This document shows, one piece after another, positions 22,321-33,998 of a DNA stretch of 64,000 nucleotides. The notes beneath the pieces are model-generated. The model saw only the letters and a program-made list of their open reading frames with translations. It had not been told where the DNA came from and did no database searches. The stretch spans positions 398,722,001-398,786,000 of the forward strand of contig OZ024740.1 of assembly GCA_964016885.1 (NCBI GenBank), given 5' to 3'. The translations under genes were made by a program, and so were the position numbers. The DNA is from Eledone cirrhosa (lineage: Eukaryota). Positions within the stretch are counted from its first letter, which is position 1, and each line of letters opens with the position of its first letter.

Positions 22321-24371
22321 CACTATTATACAATATGGGTCCTATATTATTAAATACTTTCATTATCATCATCATCATTATCTAAATATTAAAATATGAA
22401 GACACAAGCTTCTTGATTGTGTATATTTTAACCAAAGATCTAGTGCCTATGTTACCATAAGCAATCTTTGCAAAAAACAATTCAACATAAAATCTCTTTT
22501 TGTGAATATTACTTTTTATTCATGACCTTCTAAGTAAGTTTGCACTTACTTCACTATATATATATTCAGTTTATAGGTTGGGTTTCGTATGGGTTTCACA
22601 AATTATAATTAAAATACATCCCAAGTCTGAAAAATAAAATAAAACTACTTAAACAAAGTGTGGAAGCTGTTAAGAGTTTTCCTCTAAGATTTTTTATTTT
22701 AACTTAAGTAGAAATAGGGTTTTGTTTTGATTGGCTGATCAACATTTTAACAATAAAAGATCTGTGTCCCAAAGACCTTATTCAATAAATAATGCAGCAG
22801 TTCAACATCCGGGTTTATTAAAATCAGCATAAATAGGAAATGGATTTTGTTTTGGATGGTTTGAAACAGGTGGGAATAAAATTGACATTTTGTAAAGTAT
22901 AGAGTGTAAATTATTGCTTATTTTTTTAATAAGAAATTTAGTATCTTCTTAATTGAGCTTACACCAACCTCAAGCTTCAGCTTAGTTCTAATCTAGCCAA
23001 TCTATAATATAATCAAAGGTGTTCCAGACATACTCATCCAATATTTTTTTTTTTTTAGACAAAATGTATCTAGAACAACAGTCTACAGTATGTTCTTTCA
23101 TTTTTTAAATGAGGTGTAACTTGGTTTCTAATTCAAAAATGGTAGTTATACTTACATTAAGTTTACCTTAAAATCTTTAATACTATATTCTAGCTTAAAT
23201 ATTTAAGATTTATACATAAATATTTATTTAGTAGAAAATATAACATCAAAACTTCATAATAAGTGTCCCATAATGAAATTATTATTCATAATTCCAGTAA
23301 CATGCTTTGTTAATTATAAGTTTTCCTCTGTTAAATAGCAAGGCAAATTACTTATATATCTTTTGAAAAGTGAATGATGGATTATTTATTGCTTTGTAAA
23401 TATAGACACACATCTCGTCATGAGCAATCATCTTTCATCTACCATCTTTGGGTAACACTTTGTTTTCTTGTCTATATATACTCTAAAATTATTCTGTTTC
23501 CCATCTTCAAATTAATGCTTATGGATTGAGTAAGGTCCTTGTTTATCCTTTAATATGCTAGTAATTTTTATGAGTTGTTTCCCTTGACATTGCATTATCT
23601 ATTAAGAGGAAATTACTCTATGGTGCATTTTGTTGCCTCCAGTGCTCTAAAGGTTATGTGGTCAAAGTGGTGCATAGATCTGGTGTGGTGAACTGGGTAA
23701 ATTTAGCTTAGGAATGTCTTGTGTATGCATGTATGTTGTAGCCAACATGAATCAGTTGATGAAAGGTTGCAACCCCCCCCCCCCCTCGTCCATTGCCTTT
23801 CCTGTGTGCTCTCACCATTTTGTAATACAGGAATAAATATTTAATAATGAAACAAATCTATGTACAGTGGTGCTGGTAAAAAATGTTAATATAATTTATA
23901 GGAGTGAGAGCCTCTTATCTGAAGACACACCATTGGCTATGTGGTTAAGAAGTTCCTTTTATAATGACATGATTCTACTGCATGACACCTTGGGCTGGTG
24001 TCTTCTATCAATACTTTGAGAGTGGAATTTGGAAGGCAAACTGTGGAAGACTATTGTATGTGTATCATACACCTACGGTAGTAGGTGTATAATATTCTTA
24101 AGGTCCCATTTCGGTCACTCGCGACACCTTCAAAGCTTTGTCACTAATTGAATTTTTGATAGAATTGGATGCGGTTTTTTGCACTTTATAGGACCATAGA
24201 TAAGCTACTTTTTGACATAAAAATATTGAAATTTGGTTCAGTAGAAAAAAAGTTACATAAAAATAAGTGAGGACCAAAAGAGTGTAAGGAACTACATACA
24301 TAAGTAACGCTTAGTTTGTTTCTAATTTCTAATACATTAAAATAGTGATAGATTGTGCCATAGTGAATTGT

Positions 24372-24444
24372 GGTCAGGTAGCTCAGTTGGTAGAGCAGCG
24401 GACCGGCAATCTGAAGGTCGTGGGTTCGATTCCCACCCTGATTA
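24372..24444 (+). tRNA. tRNA-like cloverleaf with GGC at the anticodon position; probably a pseudo-tRNA or element-associated
   Basis: GGTCAGG/CCTGATT acceptor stem, GCTC/GAGC D stem, GTGGG-TTCGATT-CCCAC T arm, intact A and B boxes, TTTT 2 nt downstream; C33 and a G27-A43 mismatch. Confidence 0.6.
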
Positions 24445-24947
24445 CTTTTCCTATCTGCACTTCTTCCTATTCATTATTATTTATTATTATTATTTAACTT
24501 ATTTGTTGATAAATATTTTTATTAATATTAATATAATATCCTTGCATTGCCTGGAAAAAAAGTGGATTACAGGGAAAAATGCGGGCGCATGTAAAGAAAT
24601 ATTCTTAAATTAATAAACCTAGAAAAGTAAAGGACAAGTTATTACACCTGGAAAAGTAAAGGACAAGAAAACTTCTTCTTAAAACTTCTTAAAATATTGC
24701 AGCTAAAGTCTAAATTTGAAAAAAAAATATTTAGATTATAAAACTAAAAATAAATAATTATAAGTTAATTGTTAAAAAAATATCACTTTAAAGGACTGGA
24801 AAAATGACTGTCTTATAGGGAGAGTTGACTACTGTATACTTAATTTTTTTCTTGGTGTATACAAATTAATCTTTTTAAAATAAAATTTATACAATAATTT
24901 GTACAATAATTTGTACAATAATTAATTAATAATAATAATAATTAATT

Positions 24948-25396
24948 GGACCGAGACCTTTGGCGGTACTCAGTAACAGAGAAGACCCGCCTTACCTAAA
25001 TACATAGTAAAACCTACTACAGCCAGTAGGCATCTCTAACAAAATACACCCCGTCCCACCACCCCCACCCCACCCACACCACCCCGTTCTATGTAAAGTT
25101 ATGTTGGTGCCGCGCCATCCAGGCCGAAACAAATGAGATCGTGTAGGTGTCACGACAAAAAAACACACAGTCCACGTTGTAATGTGGCCGTGTAGGCAAC
25201 ACAGTAAAAACCTCCCAGACCCACACTGTAAATGTGGTTGGTGTTAGGAAGGGCATCCAACTGTAGAAAACCTGCCAGACAGTCCTATGCGAGCAAGACA
25301 ATCACTCTTGCCTCAAGTGGGAATACCCCCGTCCAAACCCATGCAAGCGTGGAACACGGACGTTAAACGTTGATGATGATGATGATGATGATGATG
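24948..25396 (+). mobile_element. RTE LINE 3' end
   Basis: Near-identical to the reverse complement of 54292-54713; (GAT)n tail. Confidence 0.85.
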
Positions 25397-25805
25397 TAAA
25401 ATTTATTAATTTATGTTATAAGATATTTAAAAATTTTCACTCTTAATCAAATTATATTTTTAAAAATTTAGTTATAAAATAATGCAGTAAAATAAATCAA
25501 AAACAGTGCATCATATAATTGCACTTTTTATGAGTATTACAGATTTTTTTTATAATATAGTAAAATTCAACATCTCAAGGGGAAAAATTAGGTAAAAGTC
25601 AATTCATCAATTATTCATTTATAGTGAATCAATCAATTATAGTGAATTCATCAATTCATTAGATGAACTGTTGAATTAGACAATGTTTAATTTTTAATTG
25701 TAGTCTAATTTTACTCTACCTAAAAATGTAGATTGGTTATTTTGATCTCTGACAGGTCTTAAATTTCATTATTAAACAATTATAATTTGTTATTATTTAT
25801 CATTA

Positions 25806-26029
25806 CAGTTGGCTCCCTAATTAATTATTAATTAATTGTTAGTGTCATTTACACGCCAAAATTTTGTTTTATTTGATGTTTATAATTGTCACTAATTTTT
25901 TCAGTCCCATTTAGTAAAGTAAAATAAAGTATATTTATTTAATGACCCAACCACTATGGTGTAAATTAGGATCACAAAATTAAATAAATGATCATAAATT
26001 AGTATTATTATCAATTAGAGAGTCAACTG
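25806..26029. mobile_element. Tc1/mariner-like MITE
   Basis: TA|CAGTTGGCTCCCTAATT ... AATTAGAGAGTCAACTG|TA. Confidence 0.65.
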
Positions 26030-26204
26030 TATTATTAGAATTTATCACTTTCTATGTATATTTAAATCAAATATTTTTTATTATTCAAATTTATACTATA
26101 GCTGCAATATTTTAAGAAGTTTTAAGAAGAAGTTTTCTTGTCCTTTACTTTTCCAGGTGTAATAACTTGTCCTTTACTTTTCTAGGTTTATTAATTTAAG
26201 AATA

Positions 26205-26390
26205 GGGCGGTGGATTGGCAGTATCGGTAGAGGGTCGGACGCCATGCTTTCCAGCATAGTTACGTCCCTTTATGATCTGAGTTCAAATCCCGCCAAGGTT
26301 GACTTTGCCTTTCATCCTTACGGGGTCGATAAAATAAAGTACCAGTAATGCACTGGATAATTGCTGGCCTTGTGCCTAAAGTAGAAACAA
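26205..26390 (+). mobile_element. SINE family B, full length, with TSD
   Basis: tRNA-like head (GAGTTCAAATCC), Deu/Nin-like core, 14-15 bp TSD (A)TTAATTTAAGAATA at 26190-26204 and 26390-26404. Confidence 0.92.
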
Positions 26391-26896
26391 TTAATTTAAG
26401 AATATTTCTTTACATGCGCCCACATTTTTCCCTGTAATATATATATGTATAAACTTTAACCAGTGTATATTAGTAAGAAAACTGACCATTCAGTGTTTCA
26501 AAATAAAAATACCTTGTAGTATTTGTTCTGTACAAGTTGAACCATCACTTCCTTCACACTCTCATTATTATAAACACAATGAACCAGTGTTTCACTAGTT
26601 GGAAACCTGAAACAAATGATGTAATTGTTCTGAAAATGTCATATTAATATTTATGCCTTTACAAAGAAAAATAGCTTCAAATGGGAATTGAAACCTGATT
26701 GTGGCAAATAGTCACTAATTTTACTTAGAAAAATGCCTGAAATGAGCAAATAAATAAAATCATTTACAGAGTTGCATAATAAGCACCTTCTCTATAACTT
26801 ACTTATTTCGGAGATTACAAGAAACAAAATAATCTAAATTTGTTCATCTTCTACTTCGTTTTGAAGTACTCCACCAGCAGTTTCTATTTAATTTTT

Positions 26897-26927
<31 letters not shown>

Positions 26928-28277
26928 GGGATTACATAGGGGTTTTTTCTTCTTTTTATAGAATTGTAATTCTAATCATAACGTTTACAACAAAAATCGA
27001 AACAAACATTCTAAATTTTAAAAAAATGCTTAAATAACCATAAGGAGTTTACAAAAAGACGCCAAAATACTGAAAGAAAGAGAAAATAAAGTTCAACAAC
27101 AAAAGTTGAAGTTTAGATATCGATGAGTGTAAATATTTAGAAACTGGATTCTTTTATTGTTGGGGGAAATGTTGCTATATTCTAAGTAAACAAGCACTTA
27201 GTTCGCTATTTAAAATCCATTTATGGGTCCACTTATACTTTCTGGTAAACAAAAGCTTTTGAATCCCAAATTTAGATACTTATGGAAAGAAGGTTACTCT
27301 ACATCATGTATGATAACACTTATTTCACAATGTATATTCCGTTTATGGGTTGGGTTTTGTAAAGGATATATAAATTGTAATTGAAATGTATCATCTCAGA
27401 AAAATAAAAAATAACTACTTAAACAGTAAAATTGCTAAGAGTTTTCCGGCAATAAATAGGAAAAGGATTTTATTTTGGTTGGATGATTTTGGCTCTATCA
27501 TAAGATAGATGGAAATGAAATTCCACAAAGTTCAAAGTTGTTTTGTATTTACTGGTTTCAGTTCAACACAGACAAGCTCTAATAGAAGAAGTGAATACAG
27601 CTCTACAACAGTGGAGGAAGCTGGTGTTGTCAGTTCCAGAACAGAATAAATTGACTCAGATAGCTTGGGGTAGTTTCAGCTATAATATATATTGAGCTTT
27701 CTTTTTTATCAATACTCAAGGTGCTGCCTACTTTCTGTGAGTGCTAAATTTTTTGGGAATTAGCTTGATATTTTTCAGTGTGCTATTTCAAACACTTAAG
27801 GGAGTATGGTTGCAGACAACAATGGTTTTTTGTCATTGTTGGCAGTTCAATTTACAGAAGTCAGGTGATGCTCATGAGAATGTTTAGCTGTTCTAGTGCA
27901 TTAGCTTCACTATCTATTATCTACAACAATGCTGTTAAAACTAGTGCTACCATTAGACCAGCAGACCTCAGAGTGATGCATTATTGAATTTTAAAGGATC
28001 ACAAATTTATACAAATTGGTATAATTAAATTAAATATACAATAATTTCCTGAAATCAATAAGAAAATCACTAGACATCTTTGCCATGTAGCAGGCTAAGT
28101 AATTGTCTTAGTGTGGTCAAAGCAAGAGGTATCAAAATCTAGGTTTGTGAGCTTGCCGAACTGTAAGGTGAAATTATTTATAAATTCCCAGGCACTGGCC
28201 CTGCCTGTTACAAAGTGTAATTGAGTGTGTGTCTTCTTCCACTATTTACTTCTTTCTTGCTCTTTTGGTCAATTTAT

Positions 28278-28716
28278 AGACCCCCCTGGATTTCGTGGGA
28301 AAAAAATTTTTCCTAGTTTTTTCGTGTACTATCAACTAATTTGACCTCCAAGATGCTTGCAATCGACTTTTTTATCCCTGGAAAACAGAAACTGTAACCT
28401 TAACCCAAACCCTAATCCAGGGGAAAAAAGTCAATTGCGAGCATCTCAGGGGTCAGGAAAAAGATACAAAGAAAAATAATTTCCCACCAAACATGAGGGG
28501 GCTTATAGATCTGCAAAACTCCGGTGGTCCTTCCCTCTCTTTTTTCGATTGGTTCGGATATCATATTCGTTGAGAACATGCAATAAAAAAAAATCTCATC
28601 TCAACCGTTTTACTTTTGAAAAAAAGACGACTGTGAGCATGTTGGAGGTCAGGTTAGTTGATAGCACACAAAATATCCGAAGAAAAAATTTTTCTTACAG
28701 AGATCAAAGGGGGTCT
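28278..28716. mobile_element. MITE with nested inverted repeats
   Basis: AGACCCCC...AAAAAATTTTT / AAAAAATTTTT...GGGGGTCT termini; internal IR around an AACCCTAA-like spacer (about 28340-28460). Confidence 0.55.
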
Positions 28717-28795
28717 TCAATAGTAATACCTTTTTTTCTTTATTTTTTGTTCCTTTTAATAGTATGTTTTATTTTTTATTAGATACTGCTCATAT

Positions 28796-29597
28796 TAGAA
28801 CGGGATGGAAGAAGTTCAGGGAGCTACTGCCATTGCTAGCTGCAAAAGGCTTTTCCCTCAAAATGAAAGGCAGACTGTATGATGCATGTATACGAACAGC
28901 AATGTTACATGGAAGTGAAAGCTGGGCACTGTCTGTAGAAGACTTGCGCAGATTAGAAAGAAACGAAGCCTGCATGCTCCGATGGATGTGTAATAGTAAT
29001 ATACGTGAACAGCAAAGTATAAACAAATTGAGAGAGAGACTGAGCATCAGAGGAATAAAATGCTGGTATGGACATGTGATGCGTATGAAGGATGACAGCT
29101 GCATAAAATGGTGCAGAGCACTAGAAGTCGATGGAAGCCGCAGAGTGGGGAGACCCAAGAAGACCTGGGATGAGGTGATAAAGGCCGACCTTACCCAATT
29201 GCACCTCTCAAGTGCAATGACACATGACCGTGACCTCTGGCGTCATGCAGTAATACAGAAGACCCGACCCCCCACAGGAACAAGCCGAAGCTGAAGCATA
29301 TAGACAATATGCCCCCACACCCTCCCACTGCAAAGTGGTCGTGGAGGGGCCACGGCAAAAAAAGCACCCAGTCCACACTGTAAAGTGGATGTGTAGGCGC
29401 TACGGAAAAAAGCACCTAGCGCTCACTGTAAATGAGGTTGGTGATAGGAAGGGCATCCAGCTGTAGAAATCAAGCCAGAATCAGTTCCTGTATGAGCAAG
29501 ACAAGGTCAGCTGACTGGACACTGCCCACAACAGGACAACCCGTTTAACCCATACTAGCGTGGAAGAACGGACATAAAACGATGATGATGATGATGA
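28796..29597 (+). mobile_element. RTE LINE 3' fragment
   Basis: KGRLYDACIRTAMLHGSESW, WYGHVMR, GRPKKTW, (GAT)n tail; 14-bp direct repeat at 28782-28795 and 29814-29827. Confidence 0.9.
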
Positions 29598-29812
29598 TAA
29601 TGGTTTCTTATATAGGCACAAGGCCACCATTTTTCGGTGGGGGGGTTCGATTAAATCGACCCAGTGAGTGACTGGTACTTTAATTTATCGACCCCGTAAG
29701 GATGAAAGGCAAAGTTAACCTTGGCGTGATTTGAACTCAGACCGTAAAGGGCTGTAACTCTATGCTGTATAGCATGGTGTCCAACTCTCTATCGATACTG
29801 CCAATCTGCCCT
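29598..29812 (-). mobile_element. SINE family B
   Basis: Reverse complement of the family B core and head. Confidence 0.85.
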
Positions 29813-29889
29813 TGATACTGCTCATATAATGCCAATGGTTTTCGCGATATTGTGAGATTTTTCATTTCAATTATTTTATAATAATCAGA

Positions 29890-30900
29890 GTGGCCTTCGT
29901 TAAAGCCACCCAAGGCTTACATGATGGTGTTAAACCAGGTGACCAACCAAGTTTAACCACTCATTCAACTTCAAATACAATACACAAGACGGCCGAACCT
30001 GGCGGGACACCAGAGCTCGAACAGGCTCTGGCCAATTGGACAGGTGAAGTCCCTCAGTATACAAATGTCCAACGTAACTGGGACGACATCAAATGCAGGT
30101 CTTCCTTCAGGATTGTCAAGTCTGGCTTGGACCAACACTGCCTCACCTGACTCCACTCCACTTCACATCCAAACAGCGCCGCATGGCTCAGTTCAGTGAT
30201 GACGAGTGTACTCGTATTGGAATGGTCCAACGCCTCCGTGCATGTGAGCCACATAAATGCCATTGCGGAACAGTCATTGACAAGTTTGGCATGCACCCAC
30301 TGTTTTGCTGCCAGAGCACAGGCCAGTTCCTCCAACACGTCGCTCTCAATTATATATTGAGAAGGAGCCTGGACACAGCTGGCTTCCCATCTCAACTGGA
30401 GCCAGTAGGCCTTGACCGCAGAGACGGAATTACCCTCTTCCTATTCGAAGGATGTAGATCCCTCATCTTACACACCAAATGTTGCGACATGTTCTCTGCT
30501 TCCAACATAGTAGCTTCAGCCACAAACCCTGGTACTGCGGCCCACAATGCAGAGGAAAGGAAGACAAACATATACCAGGGATATTCCGGCTGCTTCCTCC
30601 TCACATTAGTCGCCGTCGAGACCTCAGGCGTACTTGTACCTCATACTGCCGAGATCCTCCGCAAGATCGGAACGTCAGCAGCCCGTCTGAGGAAAGAGCC
30701 CCGCGAGGTGGGGTGGCTGTTGCAGCGGGTGTCGCTGACCATTGTCCGCGGAAATGCTTTTGCGGTCTTTTCCACGGGGTTACAGCCCCAACACTGCCGC
30801 GCCCTTGCCCTTGTACAGCCACCGGAAATAACATCTGTGAAATATACAGCGCCATCTACCTGTTAGCTAGCTACCTCAACGTGAAACAAAAGAACTCTTA
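29890..30900 (+). mobile_element. CRE-clade LINE 3' part (RLE domain), different family
   Basis: CHCG...HPLFC...HVALN..RRSL...LEPVGLDRRDG...VAVETSG...LLQRVSLTIVRGNA. Confidence 0.85.
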
Positions 30901-31809
30901 AAACCTACCAGAATAAACGCCTACACATCGGCTAAACATCAAACGATTATTTCTGTATAAATAGAGTGGTTCCAAACACTTCAGCAGTCGACATTTGGCA
31001 GAGTCAACTCGCCTTTGTCACTCACACACGCCTTGTACCTCGTATCGTCGCTTCATGTGAAAATAAATAGCTGATCGAATTTACATCTCTCCTTGCTTCG
31101 TCCTTTCAACTTGTGCTTTCGTCTGTCCATCCTCAACAGTCCTTTTAAGGGCTATCTTCAGATCTGATCAGACCGTATGCGATAAAAGTCCTTCTAAGGG
31201 CTATACTCGGATCTGATCAGAAGTAGTGACTAGACTGACTAACCACGTCCCTACACCCTTACCTTCATTTTCCGTTTTTAAATATGTAGTGTTGTTGTTA
31301 TTTGAAATAGATTTGTTTACGATGTTTTTAAAATTTTATTAATAAAACAGTTAGCTGATATACAAATGAACAAAGCAAGTAAACACACAACTTTTCCCTC
31401 AAACTTCCTTGTTTCAATTATATTTGCACGTATGTGGAGAAATAAGTTGAAAAACAGTCACTTGACATTCGCGAATCTTATTTCTTGCATCAGTGAAATT
31501 TATAGTTGCAGTTAACATGTATGTAAATGAGTTTTAAAAAACACCAATTTGCGTTTATCTTATTTCTTGCGTCATTGAAATTTATAGTTGGAATTAACTG
31601 CATAACTGTATCTATTTACATTCACTTCTTTCGTAAGCTTCGCCACATCCGCCTGTTACTTTCATTTTAATATAGGTCTATAAGAATCTGCCCACAAAGT
31701 TCGAATCAATAACAGATACTTGTCCAATGTGTCGTGCAGTGAGATTGAATCTGGGACTTCGTGATCGAGAAACAGACTTTATAATCTCCAAACAAGGTGT
31801 CAACGCAAA

Positions 31810-31822
31810 CAGGAAGTGACGT
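31810..31822 (+). promoter_or_regulatory. Overlapping ETS + CRE-half-site motif upstream of TK2
   Basis: CAGGAAGTGACGT about 125 bp upstream of the inferred ATG. Confidence 0.45.
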
Positions 31823-31945
31823 TAGTTTTCTAGTTTGTTATCTAAACACTAATTTCTTCGTTCGCTTTTTCTTCTTCACTTTATTAATTCAATTGTAAAT
31901 ACTTTTTACATTTAAGAGATAGATAACGTGAAATATTGATAAGTA

Positions 31946-32024
31946 ATGATGTTAGTAAAACATGCCTTAAAATGTCGGATTTTTCTGCAGCAAGCTAAAT
32001 CTTTGTGCTCTGGCTATATCAGGA
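31946..32024 (+). CDS. TK2: TK2-like kinase exon 1 (putative mitochondrial presequence)
   Basis: MMLVKHALKCRIFLQQAKSLCSGYIR, A|GTAAGT donor; phase 1 matches exon 2; basic with no acidic residues. Confidence 0.65.
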
Positions 32025-32372
32025 GTAAGTGATATATTTTGAATGTTTTTGTTTATGTAGGTCTGTTTTTATTTTTATTCTGAGGTTCGAGACGTTTGGG
32101 GGTATTAGACCGCTAACTGTGAGGTTCTTATCTTCACTGACAGCTCGCCTATCACACATAATGTAGAGCAACCTTCTTTCCACACTAAACATCGTAAGAG
32201 AACAGTTGTTCAGTTCATAAGTATCTAAATTTGGGATTCAAAAGCTTTTGTTTCTCAGAAAGTATAGGTTGACCCATAAGGGGATTTTAAGTAGCGAACT
32301 TAGTGCGCATTTAGAATATAGCAACATCCCCCCCCCCCCAAAAAAAAATCCACTAGTAATGCACTGGGATCG

Positions 32373-33370
32373 GGCGTTCCTTACTATTAGCGGTGTCAAG
32401 AATGAAAGTAAATTTATTTTCATTTTCGATAGTTTATTTACATTTTGTGTGTGTGTGCACATCAGGGTCCGCAGGATCTACAAAGTTCCGTTCGTGCACC
32501 ACAACATCATGAAGGTAAATCCCACCTTCAATTTCCGAATAGGAAGCCCAACCATCGGAGATGATGCGACTGCCTGGCAAAATCCACTGCTGAATAATGG
32601 GGACGAGAGTTTCACGGCTTCAATTTGGGACTTCTACAAAGCAGCAGCGTCCAGAATGGCGTTCAACAGCGCCGAAGACCCAGTGGCCTTGTCACCACAC
32701 CTCACGATGATACTTTCTATGGAAGTATTTCGATTCGTCTATCTCGACAATGATGGACTCCCCATTGTCATCGAATCCTCCAAGTTCTTGAGGATTTTCC
32801 TCCAAATACTGCTCACAAATTTCTCTAATGAAATTGCACCAGTCTATAACTGTCCGTTCGGAGACTCCCGTTTCTCTAATCATCTCAACTTGTGTGTGAT
32901 CATAGCACCACGTGTATATAATACCAATAAGGTGATCCAGTCGCACATGGCTTCGTTCAAAAAAAGAATTCCGTCGCACCGATTGACTGAATTTGTCGCG
33001 GTTGCATCGCCAACTCCATTTATCGACCCCCCCCCCCCCCCCTCCAGAATACTGGTTCAATCTGCAAGCCTCATTACAAACAGGACAATTCACACTGTTT
33101 GCCAACAAACGCCGTCTCGCCAACCACTGCAACACACACAGTGTCACCGGGTATCGCAGATATTAGAGTAAAAATTGTTACATTATCATTAAGGATGTCA
33201 TTTGCATCCAAAATATCATCAGCACGTAGTGCGACCATATACTCGTCCAGACATTTTTGTTATGAGATAAACAATCGAAAATGAAAATAAATTTATTTTC
33301 ATTTTCACGACGTTCGAAAATGGAAATAAATTTACTTTCATTCTTGACACCGTTAATAGAAAGGAACGTC
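32373..33370 (-). mobile_element. Merlin (IS1016/ISXO2-like) DNA transposon with decayed transposase
   Basis: About 57-bp TIRs, 8-9 bp TSD CTGGGATC(G); CPVC zinc ribbon, VEIDESKY..RKYHR, WVFGAVER, ISDGWASY, HERNFVDP, HTQNV; frameshift and stop present. Confidence 0.9.
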
Positions 33371-33435
33371 CTGGGATCGATTTAATTGGCTTTCCCCTTT
33401 CCCAAAATTATTGACCTTGTGCCTAAATTAGAAAA

Positions 33436-33998
33436 CGGTGGATTGGCAGTATCGTAAGAGCGTTGGACGCCATGCTTTGACGCATAGAATTACGGCTCTT
33501 TCCATTCTGAGTTCAAATCCCGCCGAGGTCAACTTTGCCTTTCATCCTTACGGGGTCGATAAAATAAAGTACCAGTAATGCACTGGGTAATTGCTGGCCT
33601 TGTGCAAAAAGTAGAAACAATTATTATGAAGTGAATTGCCAGTATCGGGAGAGGGTTGGACGCCATGCTTTCTAGCATAGTTACGTCCCTTTACGGTCTG
33701 AGTTCAAATCTCGCCGAGCTTAACTTTGCCTTTCATCCTTACGGGGTCGATAAAATAAAGTACCAGTAATGTATTGGGTAATTGCTGGCCTTGTGCCTAA
33801 AGTAGAAACAATTATTATGAAGGCAGGGGGTTGGCAAATATCGGTAGAGCGTCGGACATGCTTCGCGGCATAGAGTTCAAATCCTGCCAAGGTTAACTTT
33901 GCCTTTCATCCTTATGGGGTCGATAAAATAAAGTACAAGTCATGCACTGGGGTCGATTTAATCGACTTTCCCGTTCCCCAAAATTGCTGGCCATTATT
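33436..33998 (+). mobile_element. Head-to-tail array of three SINE family B copies
   Basis: Core CTTTGCCTTTCATCCTTA.GGGGTCGATAAAATAAAGTAC at about 33535, 33725 and 33897; ATTATTATGAAG junctions. Confidence 0.9.

Larger units (their letters stand above)
24566..26438. repeat. About 155-bp inverted repeats (24566-24720 / 26084-26438), right arm interrupted by a SINE
   Basis: Near-identical reverse complements including the GAAAAGTAAAGGACAAG subrepeat. Confidence 0.85.

Noticed and set aside
26907-26929. Poly-G tract (also about 40217-40240)
   Set aside because: Simple homopolymer of uncertain length; no evidence of function
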